Shown: positions 19,115-28,969, counted from the stretch's first letter. The stretch: 64,000 nucleotides of DNA from Candidatus Latescibacterota bacterium (GCA_965242865.1 CBDETK010000008.1:32001-96000); one strand, 5' to 3'. Notes: generated by a model not told the origin, from the sequence alone. Numbers and translations are program-made.

Positions 19115-20992
19115 TTACGGAGTGTTCCACGGCAATGACAGGTCCGGCATGTTGGCGTAGCGATCCATGCCTAGTTCGAGACGTCGTCCAGCACCCGGCG
19201 CCAGTTTCACCGCGATCAGCTTGGAGTCGATGTTCCGCATGCCGCTTCCTTCGCCATCGTCCACGCCTGTGAACTGGTGCTCGGCGTAGCCGCCCGCCTG
19301 GACGAGCACTTCCCGTGCTTCCGCTTGGTTGACATTGACCAACGTGACCGCGACCGAGTCGTCCCGCAATTCGTGTACCAAGGCGGCCACGTCCGGCGGC
19401 AGGCCGGCTCGCTTGCGTTCGGGGTCGAAATAGCGCAGTCGGCTGTGCAGCACCCAGATGCGGCCGCGGGCGAAATATCCCCCGGTGGTCAGCCGAGTCA
19501 AGGTCTCGGTGGTTGCCGGCATGATCCCCAGCAGGTAGTCGGCAAGCCTTGTCTCCGCAGTCGTGGTGTCATTCCGCTGCGCTGCGAGGCGATCGCGAAT
19601 GTGTCGGAAGTCCTCTTGCATGGCGCGGATCGGGTAGCTCGGATCGGCGCCTTGCAGGAACGCAATCCACCGTTCGTCCGCTAGCGGTATGCGAGCGAGG
19701 TCTCGGTCTTGCATGGACCACAGGTAGATCTCGGCGAGGCGGTCCGAGTAGGTGACCGGCTGGTAGCGATAGAACTCGGGTTCCCCGTCGAACGCGTAGC
19801 CGCGCGGGTCGCCGTACATCATGGGCAAGAGCGTCTTCCCGTCCACTACCTTGGCCGCGTCCAGCACGAGGTCCATCTGCTTGCGCAAGACATCGATGTA
19901 CGCTTGGTCGCCTGTCAGCAGCAGGCCGTTCGCGAAGCCTTGGAAGCTCGCCGCCGTGAAGTAGTTGCGGTGGGCGATCTGCTGGAGCTCGCCGTCGAAG
20001 ATCGTGAAGTTCCAGCCGTACGTGCCCTTCCACCACTGCCCGTCGTGCTCCCCGCCGAGGGATCCGTCCAGCCCGATGTTCGACGGGATCATCCCGCCCG
20101 TGGCTGCGGCCCGCTCCCGCCATGCGTCGAGGTATTCCAGCGTCCAGTCGCGGTACTTGTCCTTGCCGGTCAATGCGTACGCGTTCGTGGTCAGCAGGGT
20201 CGCCGCTAGATTCAAAAAGTTGTCACCGACCGAATCGAGATATTCGTCGCAGTGCGCCAGCATGCGCGGGTACCACTGCTCGAGGTCCAGGAGCTTGGTC
20301 GTCCGGGCCGGGTTGTGCAGCAGGTGGAACTTGCCCGGCACCGGATCGCCCACCCAGTCGTACACGGTCGCCCGGCGCAGCATCGGCCCCAAGCTGCCGT
20401 TCCAAATGCTCTTGATGATTCTGGTTTGCGGATCGTAGTTCCCGTACCGGGGATCCTCGCCCGTGTACATCCGCGAAAACCGTTCCATGCGGTCCACGAA
20501 CCGCTCGTCATGAGGGTCCGCATGCCCCATCAGGAAGAACGCTCTCATGCCCTCGCCCGTGTGGAACCAATCCGACTGGGTGATGAATTCTTCGCGGTAC
20601 GCGCCCTCGCTCGCCAGCGTGGTGAGTTCCGTGCGGAGCTCGCCGTACTGCTGCAGGTGTCCCTCCAAGCCGCGCTTGTAGAGTTCCAAGACGGAATCCG
20701 AGCCGCCGAGGGCATGCAGCAGCGTCCAGTTGTAGAAGGTCTCGATGGCGTCGTCCGGTCCGTCAAGCGTGCCCCAGCGCGGCGTGTGCAGCAGGTAGCC
20801 CCGTTCGTCGAGGTAGCGCGCGGCGAAGGCTTCGACAGCCTTGGAATTCGCGTCCAAGAGCGCGCGCTCCATGAGCGCCCAGCCCGGCGGCGGCATCGCC
20901 TCGTCGATGTTAACCACCGGTACTTGGCCGAAAGCGGCCGCGGTCAGGAGGAGCGTTCCGGCGACACAGGACTTCATGGTGATCCGCAGCAT
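19115..20992 (-). CDS. conserved secreted hypothetical protein (probable alpha/alpha-barrel carbohydrate-active enzyme)
   Basis: Long GC3-rich ORF with signal peptide; WG..DGPDDA.E.F.NW, DWFH.GE, GYAEHQF; fold is inferred; start 7 nt after TACCAT. Confidence 0.75.
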   Translation of the reverse strand: MLRITMKSCVAGTLLLTAAAFGQVPVVNIDEAMPPPGWALMERALLDANSKAVEAFAARYLDERGYLLHTPRWGTLDGPDDAIETFYNWTLLHALGGSDSVLELYKRGLEGHLQQYGELRTELTTLASEGAYREEFITQSDWFHTGEGMRAFFLMGHADPHDERFVDRMERFSRMYTGEDPRYGNYDPQTRIIKSIWNGSLGPMLRRATVYDWVGDPVPGKFHLLHNPARTTKLLDLEQWYPRMLAHCDEYLDSVGDNFLNLAATLLTTNAYALTGKDKYRDWTLEYLDAWRERAAATGGMIPSNIGLDGSLGGEHDGQWWKGTYGWNFTIFDGELQQIAHRNYFTAASFQGFANGLLLTGDQAYIDVLRKQMDLVLDAAKVVDGKTLLPMMYGDPRGYAFDGEPEFYRYQPVTYSDRLAEIYLWSMQDRDLARIPLADERWIAFLQGADPSYPIRAMQEDFRHIRDRLAAQRNDTTTAETRLADYLLGIMPATTETLTRLTTGGYFARGRIWVLHSRLRYFDPERKRAGLPPDVAALVHELRDDSVAVTLVNVNQAEAREVLVQAGGYAEHQFTGVDDGEGSGMRNIDSKLIAVKLAPGAGRRLELGMDRYANMPDLSLPWNTP

Positions 20993-21014
20993 GCCCACTA
21001 TGGTAGTCGTCCGT

Positions 21015-22694
21015 TCACTCGGGCGGGTGCCAGCTGGGATCGTGCGCCGTTGTAGCGGTCCAAATGTTGCTGCCCTGCATGTCGAGCATGCCCCGTCGCA
21101 CGAGGTCGCGGAGCGTGACCGCTTGGCGTCCTCCGGCGAAACGCCCCTCGAATTCCACGGTTCCGACGAGGGGTTCGCGCGGGGCGACGCGATAGATCGG
21201 GACGACCCGACGCTGGCGCTTGCCCGTGCCCTTGCCGGGGCGCATGCTGCCCGGCCGCTGGGTCAGGAACCGGTTCCACGAAGCTGTGTGGCGGATGTCT
21301 TCCTCGGTCGCTCGCTCGAGCACGGTCGCGAAGGTCGTCATGGCGGCGTTCAGGGCGCCGTAGCCCTCTTCGCCGGTGTCGTCGCTCTCCAGCGAGCGCT
21401 TCTCGCCGAAGGGCAGGATTTCCAGCGAAATCACGTGGGTCGCGCCCGCGTCAATCGCGATGTGGATCGGACTCGTGTGCAGCACCCCGCCGTCGACGAA
21501 GTGGTGATAGGCGATGCGTCGCTTGTCGGCGCCGTAGAGTCCGATCCTCTGGGTCGGGAAGGCCCCAGGCACAGCGGAAGACGCGCACAGCGTCTGCAAT
21601 AAGTTCTGCGACAGGGTAAACAGCGCGTCGCTCTCCGCACCGTATTCCTTGGTGTCGTGGGAATCCGATCCGAATTGCACCGTCATCCATTCGTGACGCA
21701 GCAACTGGGAGTAGGTCTCCGGGCGGACCAGCGTGAAGAGGCAGCCACGGCCGGCCGTGATATCCGTCGAGGCAACGATGAATTCGGGGGCTTCGGATTG
21801 CTGGCGGTACCAAGTGCCGACCAAGTCCCGGCTGAGTACGCGGGCTTCGTCGATGGCTTGGCCGCGCGATATCGGGCGCGTGCGTCGCATGTCGCCCTGC
21901 GGTCCGGTGTTCGCGAGCAGGTGCAGCATCGGCGCGTCGCCGAACAGTCCCGCCCGAAACTTCCGGAAAACGAGCGCTGCCGCGATTCCGAGCGCCGCGG
22001 TCGCGGCCAGCGACCAGCCGAACAGGTACGGGAGCGCGTCCACGAGGCTGCTGGAATCGATCCAGTTCGACGCCGGATTCCCGAGGCGGGTCGCGACGAG
22101 CGCTAGCGGCAGAAACAGGCTCGGTTGGAGCAGGGCCGCCAGAAGGAGCAGTCCTACAGCGAGGCAAGCAGTCTGCCAGCGCGACGCTAGCCCGCGGGCC
22201 AAGAGACGCACCAGCCACGACCGGCCGCCCACAACCCAGCGGGACGCTTTGCTGTCCCGCGCAAGGTAGGACCACACCGACGCGATATAGCTTTCGTACG
22301 GCTGCTGGACGGCAGGGTCCGATGCGTACTGCGGGTTCCGCATCCCCAGTTCCTCGACGAAGACGCCGTAACCGTTGACCGCGCCCGACGAGGTGCCGAC
22401 GAGCAGGCCGACCTTGATTCCCCGCTTGCGCAAGCGGTCGAGCAGCACCTCGAGCTGGCCGGCGCTATAGGCTCCGGCCGCGCCCCCGCCGCTAATCGCT
22501 ATGGCCAGCTTGCGTCGCTCTGGAGGGCACTTGCGGAGTTCCAAGCCGGGCTGGCGGAAGCGGCTCTCGCTCAGCGCGACCTCGTGCTCGATGGCGTCCA
22601 GCACCTCGTCCAGATCGAGGTATCGCGGATCCAAGAACCGCTCCAGATCGCCCTGCGGTGCCTTGTCAGAGTCCATTGGAGCCCTTAGCGTCAC
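21015..22694 (-). CDS. patatin-like phospholipase with inserted transmembrane segments
   Basis: GGGAAG oxyanion loop, GTSSG nucleophile, DGG motif; hydrophobic helices between the motifs. Confidence 0.85.
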   Translation of the reverse strand: MTLRAPMDSDKAPQGDLERFLDPRYLDLDEVLDAIEHEVALSESRFRQPGLELRKCPPERRKLAIAISGGGAAGAYSAGQLEVLLDRLRKRGIKVGLLVGTSSGAVNGYGVFVEELGMRNPQYASDPAVQQPYESYIASVWSYLARDSKASRWVVGGRSWLVRLLARGLASRWQTACLAVGLLLLAALLQPSLFLPLALVATRLGNPASNWIDSSSLVDALPYLFGWSLAATAALGIAAALVFRKFRAGLFGDAPMLHLLANTGPQGDMRRTRPISRGQAIDEARVLSRDLVGTWYRQQSEAPEFIVASTDITAGRGCLFTLVRPETYSQLLRHEWMTVQFGSDSHDTKEYGAESDALFTLSQNLLQTLCASSAVPGAFPTQRIGLYGADKRRIAYHHFVDGGVLHTSPIHIAIDAGATHVISLEILPFGEKRSLESDDTGEEGYGALNAAMTTFATVLERATEEDIRHTASWNRFLTQRPGSMRPGKGTGKRQRRVVPIYRVAPREPLVGTVEFEGRFAGGRQAVTLRDLVRRGMLDMQGSNIWTATTAHDPSWHPPE

Positions 22695-22828
22695 GGTCTC
22701 TCCAGTCCCGCTTGCTGCATTTCGCAGTATACGGAACGAGCGTCCCGGCCGATTCGCGACGGTGATACAATGCTGAAACTCTCACGCGCCCGAGGGCGCG
22801 GGAATCCGTTCAAAGGAGTCGATTCAGC

Positions 22829-23470
22829 ATGCAGAGCAGAGCACTCGTTGCGGAGTTCATCGGAACCTTCGCGCTGATCTTCATCGGGGCCGGCGCAGCA
22901 GCCATTAGCGGCAACTTGGTCGCGATAGCCTTCGCCCACGGCTTGGTCGTGATGGCGTTCGCTTTCGCCTACGGCAACATCTCGGGCACCCACATCAACC
23001 CGGCCGTGACGATCGGTCTGCTCGCCGGCGGGCAGATCAAGGCGGGCGACGCGGTGGGCTACATCTTGGTGCAGCTGCTCGGCGGCGCTGCCGGGGCGTC
23101 CGCGCTGTTCTTCGTGGTCGGCGAGGGTTCGCTGGGCGCAACCGTGCCGGCCGACGGAGTCGGTCTCGGGCAGGCGTTCCTAGTGGAGGTGGTGCTGACG
23201 TTCCTGCTGGTGAATTCGATCTACCATTCGGCGGTGAGCGGCAAAGCCGGGAACCTCGCGCCGGTCGCGATCGGCTTGACGCTGACCGCCTGCATCGCGA
23301 TGGGCGGGCCGCTGACCGGCGCTTCGCTGAATCCCGCCCGGTCGCTCGGACCGGCGCTGTTCAGCGACGCCCCGAACGCCATCTCGTCGCTGTGGGTCTA
23401 CTTCATCGCGTGCCCCGTGGGCGGCGTGCTGGCGGCCTTGGTGCATAAGTTCCTGACTAGCGAGGACTAA
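22829..23470 (+). CDS. MIP family aquaporin
   Basis: AEFIGTF, SGTHINPAVT and GASLNPARS (two NPA boxes); RBS AAGGAG. Confidence 0.95.
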   Translation: MQSRALVAEFIGTFALIFIGAGAAAISGNLVAIAFAHGLVVMAFAFAYGNISGTHINPAVTIGLLAGGQIKAGDAVGYILVQLLGGAAGASALFFVVGEGSLGATVPADGVGLGQAFLVEVVLTFLLVNSIYHSAVSGKAGNLAPVAIGLTLTACIAMGGPLTGASLNPARSLGPALFSDAPNAISSLWVYFIACPVGGVLAALVHKFLTSED

Positions 23471-23823
23471 TCAAGCGGTCGCTATCCGTCGGGTTGCCAG
23501 CCAGCCGAGGTCGGTCGGAGTCCTCGCGTCAGGCATCGGACCGAGCCGCTGTCCGCGAGTGACCGCGCTCTCGATGGTGCGCGCGAGGGGGCTTGCCTGA
23601 AGGGACCGTCGAGCGTCTCGCGCGACGAGGTGTTTCCGACTGCGGCGATTGCTGCAGGCAGACAGGATGCGGCTCGTTCTGCGGGCGCGGATCACGGACG
23701 CGCTACGCATGTCCTGTAGCGACCGGGTGGGCGGAATCGGCCGGTGGGTTCTCTCGCGCGTCCGCGCTCGCAGCCGGGTCGCATCTGCTGCGACGGGTCA
23801 GGTCGTTGATTGGCGTAGCGAAG

Positions 23824-24261
23824 CTACTCGATGATCATGCAAACCGATACCCATCTCTGCTTGTTCTCGAGTTCGTGGCAGGCAGCAAACATGACGCCTA
23901 CCTGCTTGGCCGTCGTCGCTCCATCCTTACGCCGGACCGTGACATCCATGATCTTCGCTTCGTCGTGCTTGCCGGGAACGCAAACGCCCCAAGTGGAGTT
24001 CTTGTCCCACAGCGGGATGAACGTGGGGGATTTGAATCGGTAGTCCTGGTACAAATCCGCCTTGGCCGCCCACTTCTGCTGTTGTTCCTCGGACATGCCG
24101 GTGAAAATCTCTCTGAGCCGGCAGCCGTCTTCGATCGCGGTGCTCCTCCGCGCGTTCCTAGCCGCGTCCTCGCGGCTCAACGACGCTTCTGTCTCTGCCC
24201 TTGACTTCTGGAATGCATCCAACAGTCCCTTCAAGACCCAACCTAGGAAAAACCCCCGCAT
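23824..24261 (-). CDS. hypothetical protein (145 aa)
   Basis: Protein-like ORF; TACAAT box 7 nt before ATG; C-terminal WGVCVPG...VTVRRKDG. Confidence 0.6.
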   Translation of the reverse strand: MRGFFLGWVLKGLLDAFQKSRAETEASLSREDAARNARRSTAIEDGCRLREIFTGMSEEQQQKWAAKADLYQDYRFKSPTFIPLWDKNSTWGVCVPGKHDEAKIMDVTVRRKDGATTAKQVGVMFAACHELENKQRWVSVCMIIE

Positions 24262-24410
24262 GGGCCTGATTGTAGCGAGGTCCGGTACTGGACCCCCTGC
24301 CGGGCGTCCGCGGCCGTCACTCGCCCCAACTGGTGCGTTCGCAGTGAGTTCATTCCAATTCGAAAATGAGCCTGAACGAGGGCCGAGGGAAGGGACGCGG
24401 GAACGGGGTG

Positions 24411-24440
24411 ATTATAGACCTTCGGGAGGGTGGGCTGCAA
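24411..24440 (-). promoter_or_regulatory. outward-facing promoter inside the IS end
   Basis: Minus strand TTGCAG-N18-TATAAT, pointing out of the IS towards 23824-24261. Confidence 0.55.
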
Positions 24441-24648
24441 GTCGTGTCCCACCGCCTCGGGCGCCCTTCCCTCGGGGCCAGCTCATGCCTAAGGAAAACC
24501 TTGGGGGGGTCGGGGGGCAAAGCCCACCTTCGGCTAACAAGGCTGCGCCCGCAGGGCGCAGACCGCTGACCCCGCTCGCGGATCCCGCGGCACGGCCCGA
24601 GGCGAAAAGCTCGATTCCAGCGTGAAGTGAGCCTGAACGCGGCCGCGC

Positions 24649-25899
24649 TCAGGCCGCTTCCCGCAGCTCCGCGAAGAGCGCCTCGCGGGCTTCCTGCAGC
24701 GCCCGCGCCGCCGCGTGATCCGTCTGCGCGTGCGCCTCCCGGTCCAGCTCCGCGAAGCTCGTGCCCGGCTTCAAGTAACGCGCCGCCTCCGGCAGCGCCT
24801 TGAGCCGCTCGTACGGCGTGCGGATGTCCGCCTGCCGGTACGCCTTGCGCCGCTTCCCCTTGGCGTCCGTCTCCACGTGCGGGAACAGGCACGGCCGGTG
24901 GTAGTTCAGGTACGGGGCCAGCACCTCCCGGTGGAACCGGTCCAGGCGCTCCGCGTGCCGCCCGGGGATGTGCCCGTACCCGAACTGCTTGCGGATCACG
25001 CTGCCGTTCTTGCTCTCCGCCAGGGCGTTGTCGTTGCTGCGCCGCGGGCGCGACTTGGTGAACTCCTCCACGCGCAGCTTCTCCAGCAGTTCGGCCACCT
25101 GGTAGTTGATGTACTCGGACCCGTTGTCGGAGTGAAACCCATGCACGGCAAAGGGGAACGACGCCAGCAGCCGCTCCAGCACCGGCAGCAGGTAGCGTTC
25201 CGAGATGCGCTCCACGCAGCCCGTGAACTGGTACTGGGTGACCTCGTCGACCGCGTTGATGTGGTACACCCCCTTGACCTTGTCGAGGTCGCCCTGATGC
25301 ACCGAGTCGACCCGCACCCAGCCCGGGCGGCCCTCCGGGCGCGGCTTGCGCCGCTCGCCGATCGGCGTCGGCGCGGGGCGCGTGCCGTCCAGGTTGCCGA
25401 GCACGCGCACGTACGCCTTCGAGTGCCGCAGGTTGTACAGATGGCCGTGGGAGATCCCCGCCAGACGCTCGTAGCGCTCGTCGCCGAAGACCTCGAAAGC
25501 CCGCCGCAGCAAGGCCATCGTGGCCGGGCCGGACAGCGTGCCGTGCAGCGCGTCCGTCTCGGCCAGCAGCAGGATGTCGTCCCGCGTGTAACGCCGCCGG
25601 AACGGTCGCGCCGCGCCCTTGCGCCCGTCCGCCAAGCCCCCTTTCTCGATGTACGCCGCGATCAGCCGCGCCACCTGCGCCCGCGACAGCCCCGTCGTCC
25701 GCTGCAAGTACGTCCGCAGCAAGCCCCGCTCCGCCCGCTTGGGCAGCTTCCAGTACGAGAACCGCCGCACCGTGCGCTCCACGTGCGCGTACGCCTCCGT
25801 GCGCGACGGCGCCAGCGTCGCCTCCGGCGGCGTCGCCTCCAGGAACTGACGCACGTCCGCCAAGGTCCTGTGCGTCGCCAGATCGATTTGCAAGATCAC
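24649..25899 (-). CDS. DDE transposase (integrase core domain)
   Basis: RVDSVHQGD, HSDNGSEYIN, FTKSRP..SNDNALAESKN; N-terminal HTH-like region. Confidence 0.92.
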   Translation of the reverse strand: MILQIDLATHRTLADVRQFLEATPPEATLAPSRTEAYAHVERTVRRFSYWKLPKRAERGLLRTYLQRTTGLSRAQVARLIAAYIEKGGLADGRKGAARPFRRRYTRDDILLLAETDALHGTLSGPATMALLRRAFEVFGDERYERLAGISHGHLYNLRHSKAYVRVLGNLDGTRPAPTPIGERRKPRPEGRPGWVRVDSVHQGDLDKVKGVYHINAVDEVTQYQFTGCVERISERYLLPVLERLLASFPFAVHGFHSDNGSEYINYQVAELLEKLRVEEFTKSRPRRSNDNALAESKNGSVIRKQFGYGHIPGRHAERLDRFHREVLAPYLNYHRPCLFPHVETDAKGKRRKAYRQADIRTPYERLKALPEAARYLKPGTSFAELDREAHAQTDHAAARALQEAREALFAELREAA

Positions 25900-26078
25900 C
25901 CTCCGATGATCCGCGCATCCCCTCCAGAGCCTCGTTGAGGCTCATCTCTCGTTGGAATCAACCCCCTCGTTGAGGCTCATCTCTCGTTGGAGAAGACTCA
26001 GTGATAGCTGGTTGTACGATAAAGGCCAAGGTGCCGGGCCGCGGCGCTTCGCCACTGGCCCGCCGCCCGAGCGACAGC

Positions 26079-27035
26079 GTGAGTGGATTCGTCCCGATCG
26101 GCAACCTGCGTGCCAAGCCGATGGTTCCGCCGCACGCGAAGCCCTTGGAGAACCCGGCCGGTCCCAGGCCGCGCTGGCTCCTCGCTCCCGCCGCTACCGG
26201 CGAGAACTACCAGCGCCTGCGGCGCTTGACGTCGGAGTTACGCCTGCACACGGTCTGCGAGAGCGCGGCCTGCCCGAATGTCGGGGAATGCTGGAACCGG
26301 CTGAGCGCGACATTCATGATTCTGGGCAATGTCTGCACGCGTCGTTGCGGATTCTGCGCGGTCCAGAAGGGGCCTCCCGACACCGTGGATTACGACGAGC
26401 CGCGCCGAGTCGCCGAAGCTGTCGCGCAGCTCGGATTGCGCCACGCCGTGATCACTAGCGTCAATCGGGACGACCGGGAAGACGGAGGCGCCGAACTCTT
26501 CGCGATGGTCATCCGCGCGATCCGTGATAGGCTCCCGACTTGCACGGTGGAGGTACTCGTCCCGGACTTCCAAGGTGCTCGTGCCGCGATGGACATCGTC
26601 CTCGATGCGCGGCCCGATGTGCTGAACCACAACGTCGAAACGGTCTCTCGTCTCTATCGGGCCGTCCGCGTTGGTTCCGATTACCAGCGGTCACTGGGCA
26701 TGCTGCGCTACGCCAGCGCGCAAGTGCCTGCGATGCCGACCAAGTCCGGCATCATGCTCGGCCTGGGAGAGACTTCCGAGGAGATTCGGAGCACCCTGTC
26801 GGACTTGCGCGACCACGGCGTCTCGGTGCTGACGATCGGCCAGTACTTGCGACCCTCCCCCGATCACCTCGCCATCCAGAGATTCTACGCACCGGAGGAA
26901 TTCGACGAGTACCGGGAGTTGGGTTACCGACTGGGATTCCGCCACGTGGAATCCGGGGCGCTGGTGCGCAGTTCGTACCACGCAGACGAAGGCGCTCACG
27001 CATTGAGCGCGCGAGACGGTGCCAAGCCTTCTTGA
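26079..27035 (+). CDS. lipA: lipoyl synthase
   Basis: CESAACPNVGEC (CX4CX5C), CTRRCGFC, VRSSYHA; start uncertain (26031, 26079 or 26121). Confidence 0.96.
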   Translation: MSGFVPIGNLRAKPMVPPHAKPLENPAGPRPRWLLAPAATGENYQRLRRLTSELRLHTVCESAACPNVGECWNRLSATFMILGNVCTRRCGFCAVQKGPPDTVDYDEPRRVAEAVAQLGLRHAVITSVNRDDREDGGAELFAMVIRAIRDRLPTCTVEVLVPDFQGARAAMDIVLDARPDVLNHNVETVSRLYRAVRVGSDYQRSLGMLRYASAQVPAMPTKSGIMLGLGETSEEIRSTLSDLRDHGVSVLTIGQYLRPSPDHLAIQRFYAPEEFDEYRELGYRLGFRHVESGALVRSSYHADEGAHALSARDGAKPS

Positions 27036-27067
27036 CGGAATCGGTCTCGAGCAGGCGAAGGTGGGAA

Positions 27068-27154
27068 TGGTGCCCGGAGTGGGACTCGAACCCACACGTC
27101 CTTGCGGACAACGGATTTTAAGTCCGTTGCGTCTGCCAATTTCGCCATCCGGGC
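27068..27154 (-). tRNA. tRNA-Leu (anticodon TAA)
   Basis: GCCCGGATGGCGAAATTGGCAGACGCAACGGACTTAAAATCCGTTGTCCGCAAGGACGTGTGGGTTCGAGTCCCACTCCGGGCACCA: cloverleaf with long variable arm, GTTCGA T-loop, encoded CCA. Confidence 0.97.
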
Positions 27155-27261
27155 TGACTGCACCTGCTTTCATTGTAGGGAGTGGCCAATACGTCCGGAT
27201 CGGTCCCGGTCGGGCTCTCCGCGAGTCGCCGGGCCGGACGGGCACGAAGGAGGGTTGACCC

Positions 27262-28830
27262 ATGCGCAGCAAGCTCCGTTCTTGGCGGCTATCCGCCGTT
27301 CTAGCGACTCTCGCCTGCATTTCGATGCACGGCTTGTCCGGCGGTTCGGCGTCGGGCGCGACCGTTGGATCGGCCGAAGATTGCGAGCGCCTCGGCGAAC
27401 TGACCAACAGCGCGTACTCCATCCTCTCGGCGGAGTTCTTGCAAGCTGGCGACGAGGTCGCGGCACGCTGCCGCGTTGTGGGCGTTCTGCCGCCAGAGAT
27501 CGTTTTCGAGGTCGTCATGCCGGCTGCTTGGAACGGTCGCATCTTGATGCAAGGCAACGGGGGTTACGCCGGGACGTCACCAAACTCGCGAGGACGCAGG
27601 CAACGGTCCGCGAGAGTCGCTTCGCAAGGATTCGTCTCGGTCTACACGAACACCGGTCACGACCGGGTCAACGAACCGCTGGCCACGTTCGCTTTGAACA
27701 ATCGCCAAAAGGAGATCGACTACAGCTTCCGGGCCGTGCATCTGACCATCGTCACCGCCAAGGAACTCACCGAGACCTATTACGGGCGCCCGGCCAACTA
27801 CAGCTATTGGCAGGGCTGTTCCACCGGCGGTAGGCAAGGCTTGATGTCCGCCCAGCGCTTCCCCCGCGACTTCGATGGGATCGTGGTCGGCGCTCCCGTG
27901 CTGAACTTCACGGATACGCAGATTTCCGGGGCATGGAACGCAAAGGCGTTGGAGAATTCGGGGATCGGGCTGGACAAGATGAAGATCGTGGCGGACGCCG
28001 TCTACAGCCGTTGCGACACGCTCGACGGCCTGCAGGACGGACTCCTGGACGACCCCCGCAACTGCGACTTCGACCCTCGCCGGGATCTGCCGCTCTGCGA
28101 GTCGGGACTCGGAGAGGCTTGCTTCACCTCCGACCAGATCGAGGTGCTCGAGAAGGTCTACGGCGGCGTGATCAGTCGCGGCGAGACGCTTTTCCCCGGA
28201 TTTCCGTTCGGCTCGGAAGCCGCTCCCCCAACCGGGCGGCGGCGCACCAGCGGCTGGGCCGGGTGGCTGGTCCAAGGGGACGGACCTTCCCGGCAGCAGG
28301 TCTTCGCCGAGACGTTCCTGCGCTACATGGCCTTCGAGCCCGACGACCCCGATTACGACTGGCGCTCGTTCGACTATGACGAGGATCCGCATCGGATGGA
28401 CTTCATCCGTTCGATTCTCGACGCCACGGATCCCGATCTCGGGCGATTTCGAGACGCCGGAGGCAAGATGCTGATGTACTTCGGCTGGGCTGATACGGCG
28501 CTCAATCCGATGATGGGCGTCGACTACTACGAAGCCGTGCTGGAGGAATCAGGACCGGGAGTGGAAGACTTCTACCGGCTCTTCATGGTGCCGGGCATGT
28601 ACCACTGCGGAGGGGGTCTGGGGGTGTCCCAAACCGACTACCTCGGCGCTCTGATGAAGTGGGTGGAATCTGGCGAAGCCCCGGAACGCCTCGTGGCCGC
28701 GAGGGTGGTCAACGGCAGGAGCGAGATGACGCGACCGCTGTGTCCGTATCCGCAGATCGCTCAGTACGACGGCAGCGGGGACCCGAAGTCGGCGGACTCG
28801 TTCGCCTGTACAGACCCACCCGCGCGGTGA
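27262..28830 (+). CDS. tannase/feruloyl esterase family alpha/beta hydrolase, secreted
   Basis: WNGR..MQGNGG, GCSTGGRQG, DFDGIVVGAP, PGMYHCGGG, TRPLCPYP. Confidence 0.92.
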   Translation: MRSKLRSWRLSAVLATLACISMHGLSGGSASGATVGSAEDCERLGELTNSAYSILSAEFLQAGDEVAARCRVVGVLPPEIVFEVVMPAAWNGRILMQGNGGYAGTSPNSRGRRQRSARVASQGFVSVYTNTGHDRVNEPLATFALNNRQKEIDYSFRAVHLTIVTAKELTETYYGRPANYSYWQGCSTGGRQGLMSAQRFPRDFDGIVVGAPVLNFTDTQISGAWNAKALENSGIGLDKMKIVADAVYSRCDTLDGLQDGLLDDPRNCDFDPRRDLPLCESGLGEACFTSDQIEVLEKVYGGVISRGETLFPGFPFGSEAAPPTGRRRTSGWAGWLVQGDGPSRQQVFAETFLRYMAFEPDDPDYDWRSFDYDEDPHRMDFIRSILDATDPDLGRFRDAGGKMLMYFGWADTALNPMMGVDYYEAVLEESGPGVEDFYRLFMVPGMYHCGGGLGVSQTDYLGALMKWVESGEAPERLVAARVVNGRSEMTRPLCPYPQIAQYDGSGDPKSADSFACTDPPAR

Positions 28831-28969
28831 GCCTGTTCGGTCGTGCTTGAGGGGGTGGGTCCAAGGGTTCGGTGGAGGCCGGTGGATCAGCAATCGCGAG
28901 ATAGGGTCTCAGTCAGGTCGATCTGCTGACGACCCTCGGCAGTCTGACAGCTTTCTTCCATTCGGATCC

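Larger units (their letters stand above)
24347..25998 (-). mobile_element. insertion sequence, 1652 bp (ISNCY/IS481-like DDE type), with 5-bp TSD CAGTG
   Basis: Ends AGTTCATTCCAA... and ...TTGGAGAAGACT; motif CCA-N7/8-TGAGCCT(G/C)AACG present twice at each end in inverted orientation; CAGTG at 24342-24346 and 25999-26003. Confidence 0.92.

Noticed and set aside
21015-22694. Patatin as a CBASS CapV effector
   Set aside because: No CD-NTase or Cap genes nearby; host-like GC and a different architecture.
24350-25945. 531-aa and 407-aa ORFs overlapping the transposase
   Set aside because: Low-complexity Gly/Ala/Arg alternative-frame and antisense products of very high-GC DNA.
25930-25990. Two tandem ~27-bp direct repeats, CRISPR-like at first sight
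   Set aside because: Only two units with a very short spacer and no cas genes; inverted counterparts at the other IS end show they are transposase-binding subterminal repeats.
27068-27154. tRNA-Leu as an island integration site
   Set aside because: No integrase and no duplicated tRNA 3' end seen; its 3' side abuts lipA.
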